Source: Octopus sinensis
Lineage: Eukaryota
DNA: 64,000 nt
NCBI RefSeq assembly: GCF_006345805.1
Contig: NC_042999.1
Location: 38,998,001-39,062,000 of the forward strand
Direction of reading: 5' to 3'
In this document: positions 40,889 to 53,560 of the stretch, one piece after another
Layout of the letters: the number at the start of each line of letters is the position of its first letter
How positions within the stretch are numbered: the stretch's first letter is position 1
Notes under the pieces: model-generated
Databases searched by the model: none
Seen by the model: the letters and a program-made list of their open reading frames with translations, nothing else
What the model was told of the DNA's origin: nothing
Translations under genes and position numbers: made by a program

Positions 40889-40971
40889 AAGGGTGAAAAG
40901 GAACACACGAGTTGATATATATGAAAAAACAAGTCAAAAATAGAAAATGCTAAAATAATTTTATAGTGAAC

Positions 40972-41015
40972 ATTTCAGTACCGGTTTCGGTCATTTTGAG
41001 ACCTTTTCAACTGTA
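40972..41015 (-). ncRNA. Minimal type-I hammerhead-like motif (U3-A8 core), inverted copy
   Basis: Reverse complement reads acag-UUGAAAA-GGUC-ucaaaau-GACC-GAAA-CCGG-UA-cugaaau. Confidence 0.55.
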
Positions 41016-41142
41016 TCCAACGCACAAGTGCAAACAAGGGAGTCAGAGAAGGCAGAATGCCACTTAAATCTGAACACTACTATAGAAATATTCTTTTAAA
41101 AAAACTTTTCTTCTAATTTTTCTAAATTTAATTATTTAATCG

Positions 41143-41187
41143 TTACAGTTGAAAAGGTCTCAAAATGACCGAAACCGGTACTGAAAT
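41143..41187 (+). ncRNA. Minimal type-I hammerhead-like motif (U3-A8 core)
   Basis: uuacag-UUGAAAA-GGUC-ucaaaau-GACC-GAA-ACCGGU-A-cugaaau: helices I and II plus palindromic helix III; GUA triplet. Confidence 0.55.
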
Positions 41188-41232
41188 GTTCACTATAAAA
41201 TTATTTTAGCATTTTCTATGTTTGACTTGTTT

Positions 41233-41263
<31 letters not shown>

Positions 41264-41267
<4 letters not shown>

Positions 41268-41372
41268 CCTGCTTGCTTAGCCAGTAGGGTGGCGTCATTT
41301 GAAGGCTAAAACAATGCGAAGCGCATTTTGACCAGCGATGTGTAGCAACATCTGATAGCCTGGTCGGTCACA
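41264..41372 (+). mobile_element. SINE 3' tail fragment
   Basis: Reverse-complement match to 29458-29530. Confidence 0.7.
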
Positions 41373-41385
41373 GTGGTCACGGTAA

Positions 41386-41423
<38 letters not shown>

Positions 41424-41564
41424 GCACACACACACACACATATATATGTACATACATATATACATGCGTGTATACGTATATATGTATATATGCATATATA
41501 CATGTAAAATATATAGATATATAGATATGTATACATATACATACACACACACACACACTCATAT

Positions 41565-41619
<55 letters not shown>

Positions 41620-42097
41620 ACATTAGGAAAAACTGAAAAATATCAGAAGATATGTATTCATGTATAAGCATATATATATTTATATATTTACTGAACACAT
41701 TTACATGGCTTACAAAAAATACAGATAACTAAAATATAAGGACATGTTATTTCAGTTCCGATAACTCTTTCTGGGAGCTAGGAATTATGTAATATTTGTT
41801 TTGCTGACAGACGTGTAGGGAAAAGTGAATTATAAGCAACCAATAGTGGATGCTTATAAACATTACCGTAAATGCTGCCTCCGCCATATTTAGGATCATA
41901 AGGTAGTGAAGTAAAGTGTAGACTATAAGGTTGAAGAAGTTGCAAACAGAAGTAGGAAGTAGGCAGTTAGAGGAAGGGAATATTCCTGAAGGAGAAGGAC
42001 GGCAAGAGATAGGAGAGGCGGAGCAGGAAGCTGTAGGCTGTGAGTGACCAGGAGATTGAGAGAAGTATATTTGATGAGTCAAGAGACAAATGAGAAA

Positions 42098-42330
42098 GGC
42101 GGCGAGCTGGCAGAAACGTTAGCGCGCCGAGCGAAATGCTTAGCGGTATTTCGTCTGCCCTTACGTTCTGAGTTCAAATTCTGTCGAGGTCGACTTCGTC
42201 TTTCAACCTTTCGGGGTCGATAATTGAATACCAGTTATGCACTGGGGTCGATGTAATCGACTTAATCTCTTTGTCTGTCCTTGTTTGTCCACTCTAGGTT
42301 TAGCCCTTTGTGGGCAATAAAGAAATAAGA
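42098..42330 (+). mobile_element. Full-length tRNA-derived octopus SINE
   Basis: ggcggcgagctggcagaaacgttagc...gagttcaaatt (A/B-box-like)...aataaagaaataaga. Confidence 0.9.
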
Positions 42331-42843
42331 GACAAACGAGAAGGTGTGGTACAGGGATGGTTTGAAATGCGGCTTCGTTGTTGAGCGTATTGACAAAAGA
42401 TATTATTACTCAGGGACGAGAGACGCAAGTAGTTACGGTAAAAGTGGGAGAAGTGGGTATAAAGTTATAGATGCAGGCAATGAGGAGCAGCGGAAATTCG
42501 ATCAATGAAGGTGGGTTTCGCGGCGCAGAGAGATTAATGAAGTAGGTGACTATGTATAAATGTAAATACAGAGAAGAGGACAGAGAGGGAGAAACGTAGG
42601 GATATGTTGTTAGCAATGTCAATGGTTAGGACAAGGGATTTGGTATCAATCTTTACCTTGTACAACGGTTGTTTCGATCCATCCGGCTACTGTCCCTAAT
42701 GGTGGAACTCCTTTTAACATGTGTTGCATCTTTTTGCACACTGAATCTCTTCAGGTACATCCATACCATAAACTTGTCTCAATAAAGATCCTAAGTTGAG
42801 GCTGCCATGTTGCTATATTGCTATATGCCCGTCAACATAGGGA

Positions 42844-42903
<60 letters not shown>

Positions 42904-42944
42904 CTTCCCTAACCAGGCGGGCATGTGTATATATATATACATAG

Positions 42945-43000
<56 letters not shown>

Positions 43001-43154
43001 CCGGAGTAAGCACATAAATAAGAAACAAGGTGGAAAAAAGAGTACTCAAACACCAGAGGTAGAGTAATATTCTTTATTTAAAAGCAGCAGAAATATACCA
43101 AAAGCTGTTTCTAAGAGTTTCACGGTCCCGTTCGTCGGAGAGTTTTGTTGAAAA

Positions 43155-43204
43155 CAAAAACTGTCCGACGAACGGGAACGTGAAACTCTGAGTAACACCT
43201 TTTG
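43155..43204 (+). ncRNA. Hammerhead-like motif with C4 core (CCGACGA)
   Basis: cugu-CCGACGA-ACG-GGAA-CGU-GAA-ACUCUGAGU-A-acac; three more copies in the palindrome arms. Confidence 0.42.
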
Positions 43205-43230
43205 TTATCTTTCTGCTGCTTTTTAATAAC

Positions 43231-43292
<62 letters not shown>

Positions 43293-43295
<3 letters not shown>

Positions 43296-43490
43296 GAAAA
43301 AAAGTCAAGACAGAAATAGAAAATGCGAAAATAATTTAATAAAAATGATTTCAGTACCGGTTTCAACTGTAACAATTAAATAATTAAATTTAGAAAAATT
43401 AAAAGAAAAGTTTTTAAATAAAATATTTGTATAGTGTTCAAATACAAGTGGCATTTTCCTTGTTTTTGCCTGTCGCTGTCTCTCTTGTTT
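43293..43490 (-). mobile_element. Relative of the 40915-41243 element with helix II of the hammerhead motif deleted
   Basis: Reverse complement matches 41020-41240 but reads ttacagttgaaaccggtactgaaat. Confidence 0.75.
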
Positions 43491-43522
43491 ACTCTTCTGG
43501 GTTCGAGGTCCTTGTGTGTATG

Positions 43523-43570
<48 letters not shown>

Positions 43571-43703
43571 ATATAACGGGAAGCTTTATGAAAATAGACA
43601 AAAGACGAAGGCAGGTTTACGGAAATTAACAAAAGACGAAGGCAGGTGGAATACAAACAAACAATTGTATTAGTATCGCGCTCAGGAAATATAAATAAAA
43701 CAA

Positions 43704-43743
43704 GTCTTTAACGTTTCGAGCCTAAGCTCTTCAACAGAAAGAT
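43704..43743 (-). ncRNA. Degenerate hammerhead-like motif (CUGUUGA-A core)
   Basis: Reverse complement reads ucuuu-CUGUUGA-A-GAGC-uuag-GCUC-GAA-ACGU-U-aaaga. Confidence 0.35.
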
Positions 43744-46453
43744 ACACAGAGAAAAACACAGAAAGAAGGAGAGAAACAAAATATGCGTGCAGAAGCTAGC
43801 GAATCAACATGGCGATCTGATTTCGGCCAGAAGTCAAAGATCAAACGTGAGACGCAAGAGTGAATTATATATATATATGTGTATATACATATATTTATTT
43901 ATTTAAAAGCAGCAGAAAATTCAACAAAACTGTTACTCTGAGTTTCACGCTCCCGTTCGTCGGAGAGTTTTGTTAAAATCAAAAGCTGTCCGACGAATGG
44001 GAACGTAAAACTCAGAGTAACAGGTTTTGTTGAATTTTCTGCTGCTTTTAAATAAAGCTTATTACTCTACCCCTGGTATTTGAGTACTCTTTTTTCCACC
44101 TTGTTTCACATTTATGTGATTACTCCGGTATATATACATATTTATATATATATATTTATATATATATGTGTGTGTTGTGTGTGTGCATGTATGTATATAT
44201 GTATGTATATAATGTATGTTTGTATGTGCGTACGCACGTGCATATATGTGTGTGTGTTTGTGTACTTATGGAAATATTGAATAGATGAAGTACGCACATA
44301 GAGAAAGAGCATTTATACGAGACATATACTTAATTTATTGAAGGGATATGGAAGCAAGATTAATTTAAAGCTGTTTGAATGTATGCCACTCTCGTATTTC
44401 GTAATTTAGCTTCATGGCATTTAATTCTGTTTCTGCTATTAATCTAATACTTCCTTAACACACCGCCCATACTTGATACATGACTAATTGTAAATCTGTA
44501 CTTGCAATAATTCTCACACCGGTATATACCTATAATGATATTATCATTTTAATTAAGTTTCCTTTATTTAACCTTCCTCTGGCGCGAATTCTAATCCGAC
44601 GTTTATATCACTTTCTTCAGTAAATCCATAAATCCTTTCTGCAGTGTTTCTGTCAATTCTCATACTAATCGTGCTTAAATGCGATCATGCATATAGTAAT
44701 GATAGTTGATTATTTCCGATATATGTATTCGATTCTTCTCTATTTTCACATATAACATATTAGCATTTTACACGTAAAGATGTAAAGTGATATTGCCCGT
44801 TTGAAGCATTCGTCTCTTAATGAAGGAAGGGTTAGTTTTTATAATTCAAGTTTTGTCTAAATTTGCAGCATCCTGTATCACTTTCTTATGATAAGTGCAT
44901 TGTATCTATATTGTAATTGTCCCCCTTTATGTTTCTCAAAGTTCGTTCAATTAGAAAATTGTGAAAAGATATCAGTTGTCAAAATACACAATATAACAGC
45001 GAGCCTTCTAGAGTGTTTGCGAATAAACCTATTGGCTATTACCTAATATATACAGAGATATGAGCCCTACATCTACATACTTGCTCTTCTGAAAAAGAAA
45101 TATAATATGTAAAAGATAAGATTCAAAATCTCTCTCTATTCATTAGCGAAAGAGTTATAGTCATACACAAACACACACACGCACACACACACACACACTC
45201 ACATACACACACAAACACACACACAAACACACATATATACATATACACACACTCGCGCGCGCACATACATGCACGCATATATATATACATACACACTCAA
45301 ACCCGCAGATGCACACGCGCGAATACAGTTAGTAATAGTTGGAAGTTATGGTCTCATGACCGCACATTTAGTTTTCAACAGAAGATTAAGGTTATTGAAT
45401 TGTATGCAGTATATTTCAAAACTAATTAGTCAGTAGAGTCATTAAATAGCCTTCATCTGTAGCAGCCTGGCAAGATTTATAAAATATTATGTAGCTACAT
45501 AAGTATATATAACGACAGAAATGTAGACACATAGATGCACAGAGACAGAAATAGAGACACAAAGAAACAGTCACTGTATGAAGATATATACCTTTTTGAA
45601 TGTGTGCCCTTGTCTCTCATTCCACACATACGCACATACACATATAAGAACATATGTACACACACACACACACACACATACACACACACATACACACACA
45701 CATACACATATATATTTAAAAGTGTAGAGGTAATACACGGGTAAATAGATAGCTATATTTGAAAAAGAAGAAAAGGCTACTTTTTTTAAGATTAGGTACA
45801 TTTAAATTTCTTTATATACATACATTAATAATTTTTTTTAGTTTTACATGTTTCGATTGTTTATAAACCTTATCAAAAATATGTACTGAAATGAAATATG
45901 TAAAGAAAAAAAATATTAATAAAATTATTAAACGTTCGTAGTGTACTTTTCGCTTTCCTGCAAGAGCACAAGGTAATTTCCATTAATTTTCGTGGCAAGA
46001 CATATTCCTATACGAAACTCACGTACTTGTAGTTACAACTCTCAATTCTACAGAAAATCTTTAGAGATAAGCTTAAAAATGAGAACATCGCATTGCTAAC
46101 GCAAAATATAAAAAGCAATACATGACTGATAATCCTTTAATATATTTGTAGAATGTTATGGTTGCAGAGCGAAATAATCATGTGTACTTCCTATCAATTA
46201 ATAACTAGTAAAAGTGTCTGTCAGAAATATGATTTCGAAATACATAAAATGCTCCTTATTGGCCACCAAACAAAACTGTACTTGATAGTAATATGAGATA
46301 TATGGAAGCAATACCCTCAATACCTCGAGTTGCTTAATTATTGTCTGCTTTTGTTTATTTTATACTTCTAGAAAATTATCCAAATTTTGGTAATATTTGC
46401 ATCTGGAAATATTTAGAAGAGTTGTGATTGAAGTCCCTTTGTAGTAAACCTAC

Positions 46454-46528
46454 GGATTTTGAATTCAAGATGCTTTCACGCTGTTCTGACTCTGTTCTTT
46501 TTCTTCTCATCCCATTTGCAAAAGCCTT
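46454..46528 (-). CDS. Candidate 75-nt exon, KAFANGMRRKRTESEQRESILNSKS
   Basis: Polypyrimidine tract plus ctttAG acceptor and GTAGGT donor; phase 0-0; no homology recognised. Confidence 0.27.
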
Positions 46529-46923
46529 CTAAAGGTCCAGTGAAAGGGAGGAAATATATGTATAGAAAAGCTTCAAACGAATGGAGATATATTTATAGGT
46601 TATTTTACGTTGAGAGGTGGGCCAGAACTCCTACTATTAATACTACTGTTACTGCTGTTGCTGCTACTACTACTACTACTAACACCACCACCACCTCTCG
46701 ACAAGTATAGCCTGTCAGTGTCACCCTTAGGGTGGACGGTTCCGTGCACTGTCAATTATCTCCTTGCCTTCGTATTCGTGTCTATCAGGTCTTTCATTTG
46801 CTTTCAATTTCCGAGACACGCCCAATATCCTAGGGCCAGTGAAGGACAAGAGATGTTACAGTATTACTGAAATCTTGGGGAGGAAAAGTGACAGAGTCAA
46901 TAGCGAAATATCTTCATGTAACA

Positions 46924-47140
46924 TGACATTTAGTACAGACATTTATATGGATATGATTTTTCTAATGATGTAGGCAGTATTTGTCTGCACCACCTTTTGG
47001 GATCCTCTGAGATATGGTGGTTCTTCAGGGATATTATCTAGATCTTTCTGACTTCCCTTTCTTATCATACGTAGAGCACCCAAAATAACAGGAACGAATC
47101 TCGCTATAGCGAGAACCGTTGCCACCTCTTTTGTATTTCT
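46924..47140 (-). pseudogene. Short decayed 3' fragment of a REL-type LINE next to an ATT array
   Basis: VPVILGALRMIRKG...QKVVQTNTAYIIRKIISI* parallels the C-termini of subfamilies A-C. Confidence 0.8.
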
Positions 47141-48489
47141 ATTTTCAGGTCTTTATATTATTATTATTATTATTATTATTATTTTATTATTATTATTATT
47201 ATTATTATCATCATCATTATTATTATTATTATTGTATATTAATGAACCTATTGTTTTTAATTTCAGCGTGTCAATAGAAATTATACGGCGAAAAATACCT
47301 CATGCCTGATTCAATATTTTTCATGATGGAACATGGCATGATTTAAATAGAGTTTTGTGCATTGTTGTCCATATTTCAATACAGAAATTGAATTATTTTT
47401 CAACAAATAACGAAGGACACACATATCTATGGGTTAATGTATCTACATAGATCTCCACTTTAACAACAGAAACTAATTAGTATACAATAATTGATATATC
47501 ATGTAAACTTTCCGAATACTTCACAACTTGATACCTTAATCCAATTTTGAAAATCAAAGTACTTCTGTTAACTTACTCTATGTATTCAGTTATGCGTCCA
47601 TTGATGCAGTACTGTCAATGACTATAGACGCGACTCTCTGATAAACATTTATTTATTTATCTGTCTCTTAACATAAGGTGTGCTATCTTCCGTCCGAACA
47701 GTTCCAAATATATATCATTAAACAGACAAAACTACTTTCCTGTGACGATATAGATTAAATTTAAAACAGAGATGTCTCTAGAGTATCGAATGAAACTTTA
47801 CCATTCAGATGGAACATCATTATATTTGTTTCATGTGAATTATATGATTAGCAGATATTATTCCAAGTGAATCTATATAAATACGAATAATTTCAGATAC
47901 ACCAATAATCTATACAGTTTCATCTTATAACAATTATAAGCTATTCCCAAATTGGTTTTAACAAATAAGTTTGAACATATTCAATGGCCTAGAAATATCA
48001 TTAGGTAAAAGCCGATGCTCTCTCAACCAATTATTTTTTTGAAAAAGAAAACAAAGTATATCTGTGAATACTTTGAAGTTAGAAGTTGTTTGGTAGATCC
48101 ATGTACTATCGATCTAAACCCATTCGAAGTAGGGGTAAAACCTGCAGGTAAATGTGCCAATGTATTTTTAACCAATAAGTGTTATAGAAATATTCTATCC
48201 CACATTCAAAATAAAAAGGAAAAGACATCACTGGGGGTGAGGTCTCGCCACCAGACATATATAAAAAGCCACGAGAATTGAGGGGAATTAACTAACTCAT
48301 GTTGGATTAAAATTTCAAAGCGATTACAATTTCTCATGAGATTTACCAACTTTAAATGTTTCATCTGCCATGATTTTGCTTGACAGCCGTTTACTGGGTA
48401 TCTTTGGGATATTGAGATAGAAACAAAATTCTATAAACACACAGACACACATATACACACAAACACACATACACAGACGCACACACTGG

Positions 48490-48655
48490 CTGCAAAATTT
48501 GGCACAAGGCCAGTAATTTTGGGGGTGAGCGTAAGTCGATGACACCGACCCCGATGTTCAACTGGCATTTATATTATCGACTCCGAAATGATGAAAGGCA
48601 AAGTTGACTCCGGCAGAATTTGAACACAGAACGTAAAGTTGGGCGAAATGCATCA
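48490..48655 (-). mobile_element. Partial SINE
   Basis: ctgcaaaatttggcacaagg...ggcaaagttgactccggcagaatttgaac. Confidence 0.7.
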
Positions 48656-48659
48656 AAGA

Positions 48660-48689
48660 ATTATCTATCTATCTATCTATCTATCTATC

Positions 48690-48753
<64 letters not shown>

Positions 48754-48800
48754 CTCTCTCTCTATATATATATATATACATATATATGTGTGTGTGTGTA

Positions 48801-48840
<40 letters not shown>

Positions 48841-48845
48841 CATAC
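48660..48845. repeat. (ATCT)n then TC/TA/TG/ATAC arrays; no Tx1-like insertion
   Basis: Direct reading. Confidence 0.92.
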
Positions 48846-49457
48846 AAGCAAAACGCCCCCAGTCCAATGGACGGGGCTGAGTTGTCAAATATTTAAACCA
48901 ACTTTTCTCCAAAATTGTTCGACTGTCCCATAGGTCTCCCCTTTGAGAAACACTGATTTGACCTAAATTTGAGACACCAGCAAAACAGAAATGAAGATAG
49001 ACATTTTTTATTCATACGGTTTTATTCACACAAATATGGAACCGAAGCGTTTAAAGTACTGGTAATGATAAGGCTGTTGACTGGGAGAACACAAACATTG
49101 TTTAAATAGTAAGTTTGGCAGGAATGAAACGTCCCTTTAAGCAGTACAAAAGCAACAAAAAATGTAAGGTGCAGTTAAATACAGGTTGACGGCAGAAAAG
49201 CAGGACAAAAACGATGCATGCAAATGGGTTAGCTAGAGGTAAATGTAGATAGATTGAAACATCTGATGTTCTTACGTATACAAATGCACGTTCCCACGGC
49301 TTTATTGATCGCATTCTTACCTGGAATCGATTTCTATAATGTTTTCAAGACTTATACACGCCCTGATACCGTCGGTATCTACACATCAAATTTGAGCGCA
49401 ATTGGATGGATGATGCCCGAGATCATATGAGACACACAGACAGAACAGATTTTATAT

Positions 49458-49517
<60 letters not shown>

Positions 49518-49732
49518 GTAAAAATATAAAAATATTCAAGCAGCAAAGATACTGACGATTCAGTATACACCACGTGGCAACATTATGAGTCGAAAATATG
49601 TGGGGAGAAAAATACAAATCTGTAAGAGAAATGCCTTCGTTTCATATAGTTTAATATTTTTTTAATAAATAATATATGCATATACGGATGTTGAGAAATC
49701 CAACATATTTTCGCTATTTAAATTAGCTTTTC

Positions 49733-49815
<83 letters not shown>

Positions 49816-50430
49816 ATATACATATATATATATACATAAAGGAATTTGTATGATTGTGTACAGAGGGCTATATATTATTCAAAGGAATTCCAGCTCTTTT
49901 TATGTTTTATTTATATTCTTTATATTAATGTAGAATATAGAATATATAGTATAAATAATATATATATTGTAAAATGAAATGAAGTATTGATTCTTTTATT
50001 GAATAGATGAAATATTGAATATAAAATATTTAGGGACTAGTATACTTTCTTGCATTATAGCAGTCTTCAAGGTGCCAGGTTGTGACAGGAGTGTGTCAAC
50101 TGTCTTTTGTCCTTCGTATACGTTCCTGTTGGCAGCAGTAGTAGTTGTTTGGCTACTTTTATAAATTATGCCAAACCATTGTTCAATGTATATTTTTAGA
50201 AATGATGATAGCAGTACTTTTTAGAGATTTTTTGTTTTCATCATAGGGGGAAGATTTTTAGACACCAAATAAGATTAATTTTATCATTCTTCATTTAATC
50301 ATATATATATATGTATATATATATAGTTATCAGTAATAATATAGGGTGAAATTAATTAATTTGGAATAATCATTAATTTCACCAAGTAGATTTCGGCATG
50401 TAAAAGCCTCATTCGAGGAAAGTTTAAGTA

Positions 50431-50812
50431 ATACTAAGTAATTAAGGGTTTAGCAACGATTTGCCTCACCACACACCGAATTTAGAAATAGCAGTCAAAG
50501 AGTTATAGCTATTCTTTCTACTATTCTTTCTAGTAAAACCACAACACTTGAAAGGCAAACACAGACAGGCAGGAGAGAAAGAAATGACGGCAATCCATCA
50601 TACAATCCATCATACATCCATCAGACTTAAAATTGTATGATGGATTGCCGTCATTTCTTTCTCTCTTGCCTGTCTGTGTTTGCCTTTCAAGTGCTGTGGT
50701 TTTACTGAGATCTCCCTTTTAGTAGAAAGAATAGCTATAACTCTTTGACTGCTATTTCTAAATTCGGTGTGTGGTGAGGCAAATCGTTGCTAAACCCTTA
50801 ATTACTTAGTAT
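50431..50812. repeat. Long near-perfect inverted repeat (arms about 176 and 181 bp, 25-nt spacer)
   Basis: 50431-50606 pairs with 50632-50812. Confidence 0.92.
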
Positions 50813-52139
50813 ATATATATATATATATTCGTATTATATTACTGTTGCCATTGATTGAAGTATTGTTGCAAATATTTCTACTTTAATAGCACAATTGACT
50901 AAAATACAATACAGGCAACTTTGAATAATAAATCACGAAAAATAATAAGCTGTCAACCAGCAATCACAAGTTTTGAAATATGTTAGCTCCACTGATAATG
51001 CATTTTATTCTAGGCCCAGCTCTATTAAATTCGTTTCAGTTTCATGAACATTAACGCGTAGAAAAACGGCAGAGTTTTAGTTAGAATGTCCAACAGCATT
51101 TGTGTAAAAACTTTGCGTTTTGAATTTCAATACCACCAAAACCTGTCATCCTATTAAAGCATATAATATAATATCACTCTTGATTTATGAAATAATTTCG
51201 TTTTTAGAGCTGCGTACATATTTTGTACACGTTCTTCGAATCTCTACCAGATTTTGGATTCTGTCCGTACCACCAGTAATTTCAGTGACTGTATACCGTA
51301 GCGTATTTTGTATTTGCTATAGACATCTTCCGTAGCCCCAGAAGAGAGAATCATGCACAAGTGAATGTCTTCATCTTTCCTAATTAAAACGTTATACATT
51401 TTAGCGAGGAATATTTCATTTAAATAACTTGATCACACGACGCATTCTATTTCCGTAGCACAGAATTATTTCTCTTAGCTAGTTACGTGCGCAGTATTGT
51501 GTTTCCAATAATCGAAAACTGAGGCGAACAACATTTTGCATTGAGAGTTTCATTGACAATGTTCTTCATATTTTACATCACGTTATGCTGCATACGTCGT
51601 TTGTGAATTGTCCTAACATTGTATGAGGTAAGTCAATAGGAAAATTGAAAAAAATGTCATTTTGTTACGAAAATATAACAAGATATATTTTAATGCGGAA
51701 CACTACGAGTAAAATGTATTAGGCACGTCATTAGCCATTTTTGTTCTACAAGTATTTAATGTTTTTGTATACGGGGAATTATACTCAGTGATACTGCTAA
51801 TAATTTAACACATACAGGACAGTGGCCCACGATTATATTGCTTAAACATTGCTACGACAAAAAAGGCTAACTGAAATACCGGTCATGAAATTTATTTCGG
51901 AAATAAAAGAGAATGATTCAAGCTATAAACTTAAACATATTGTTGACATATTGTTCAGTGTCACTAATAAGTTAACTCTCAATATATGTGATAGCAAAAA
52001 CAGCCTATGTATTTGGTGAGGAGATCCTGCAAAATAAACACAACGCTGGACTCTCCACGTTAAAAAAAATCAAATAAAAATTTGCATTCATCATTAACTT
52101 TCACTTAGGATATGCAGATCAAACAGAAACATTAGGTAT

Positions 52140-52325
52140 CAAATTTTGGCACAAGGCCAGCAGGTTTCAGGATGTACTGAGTCGATTAAGTCGACCATAC
52201 TACTTTTCAATTGATACTGATTTCATCGAACCCGAAAGGATGAAATGCAAAGGCGACTCCGGCGGAATATCAACTGATCCTTTTGAAGGACGAACTGGCT
52301 CTAAGTACTTTGCCTGCGTGCAGCC
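52140..52325 (-). mobile_element. Partial SINE
   Basis: aaattttggcacaaggcc...cgaaaggatgaaatgcaaaggcgactccggcggaat. Confidence 0.7.
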
Positions 52326-53199
52326 TTCAACACATTTACTTAATATTATAAGTCATATCTTAATAAATTCAATTGATTAATAACTACACACCGACAATGT
52401 TTATATCTCATTATTTGTGTTATATTTTCTCCCGACGTTATGAAACTTAACTCTTCATTGCTTACTGTATGCAATTTTCTGTCTAAAATCTCAATTTTCA
52501 TTTTATACACATTTATAAGACCAGCATAAAAAAATGATATATATTTCTTTCTAACCTACTGAAGTTACTCTTGTAAAGTTTATATTTCATCCATTTTGCC
52601 AAAACATTCAATTCAGCATACAAAATACTCTTCGTTGACTAGTGTAGAGGCATCTAAAATTTCAAGACGTCTGCGTCTGCGTTATGTGCACAGCTCAGGA
52701 TAAGCCACTAATATAATCGATAAATTGATCTGTTATCTGTGTAAAAATTTTGCCATCTCACAAGATGTATTCTAAATCACAATTTCCAGGTATTATTCGT
52801 ATGCCATTCATATAATCAGAAGCATCTGTAAAATTAGGATAGACATATCTAGGTGAACTTTAATCGTGCATCACTACGTTATGAAATCGAAATTCTATAG
52901 ACATTTTTTAAATTTTCGGTCTTGTAGAAAGTAAATCTGATAAGCTCAAATAAATAATACCATCCATTGCATACACATGCATGCCAGCAACTGCACAAAG
53001 AAATGCAGATAAAGGATACAGGGGTAGAAGTAAAACATCCCTTGTAATTATAATCATATCAGGTACACTTTACACCTAAGAAAATGCAGCATACGTTTGA
53101 TGTACTTCTATAGGCATTAAATATTCGATTTATCGTTTCGATTTACAAGCACATAGTAATTAGAATATATTTGCTATATGCTGCACACGCGCAGATATA

Positions 53200-53387
53200 T
53201 ATGCATAGCTACATACATACACACACACACACACAAATACACATTCATGCACTCATGTATATATATATATATATATATAATATATATATATACATTCATA
53301 CATGTATATATATATTATATATATGTATATATATATATACATACATACATGTATATATATGTATATATATATGTACGTATGCATATG

Positions 53388-53429
<42 letters not shown>

Positions 53430-53440
53430 AGTATGTATAT

Positions 53441-53489
<49 letters not shown>

Positions 53490-53560
53490 GCGCATACATA
53501 GAGATATGTATAAATACATATATACACATGCACACAAACATATATGCTCATAGAGAAAAA
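53200..53560. repeat. Long imperfect (TA)n/(CA)n array
   Basis: Direct reading. Confidence 0.92.

Larger units (their letters stand above)
40915..41243. mobile_element. (TA)n-flanked foldback element with about 100-bp inverted arms
   Basis: 40915-41015 is a near-perfect reverse complement of 41144-41243. Confidence 0.88.
43001..44128. mobile_element. Composite (TA)n-embedded foldback: about 80-bp terminal inverted repeats enclosing two palindromic modules and other TA-flanked pieces
   Basis: ccggagtaagcacataaat...gagtactcaaa at the left pairs with tttgagtactc...atttatgtgattactccgg at the right; palindromes at about 43075-43228 and 43900-44060. Confidence 0.8.

Noticed and set aside
41747-42620. 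Purine-rich region with minus-strand ORFs vaguely like a Penelope thumb/linker
   Set aside because: Similarity too weak to call by eye
50375-50420. Possible hammerhead on the minus strand (CGAAUGA-GGC...GCC-GAAA)
   Set aside because: Core positions 4 and 5 are wrong and helix III is not formed
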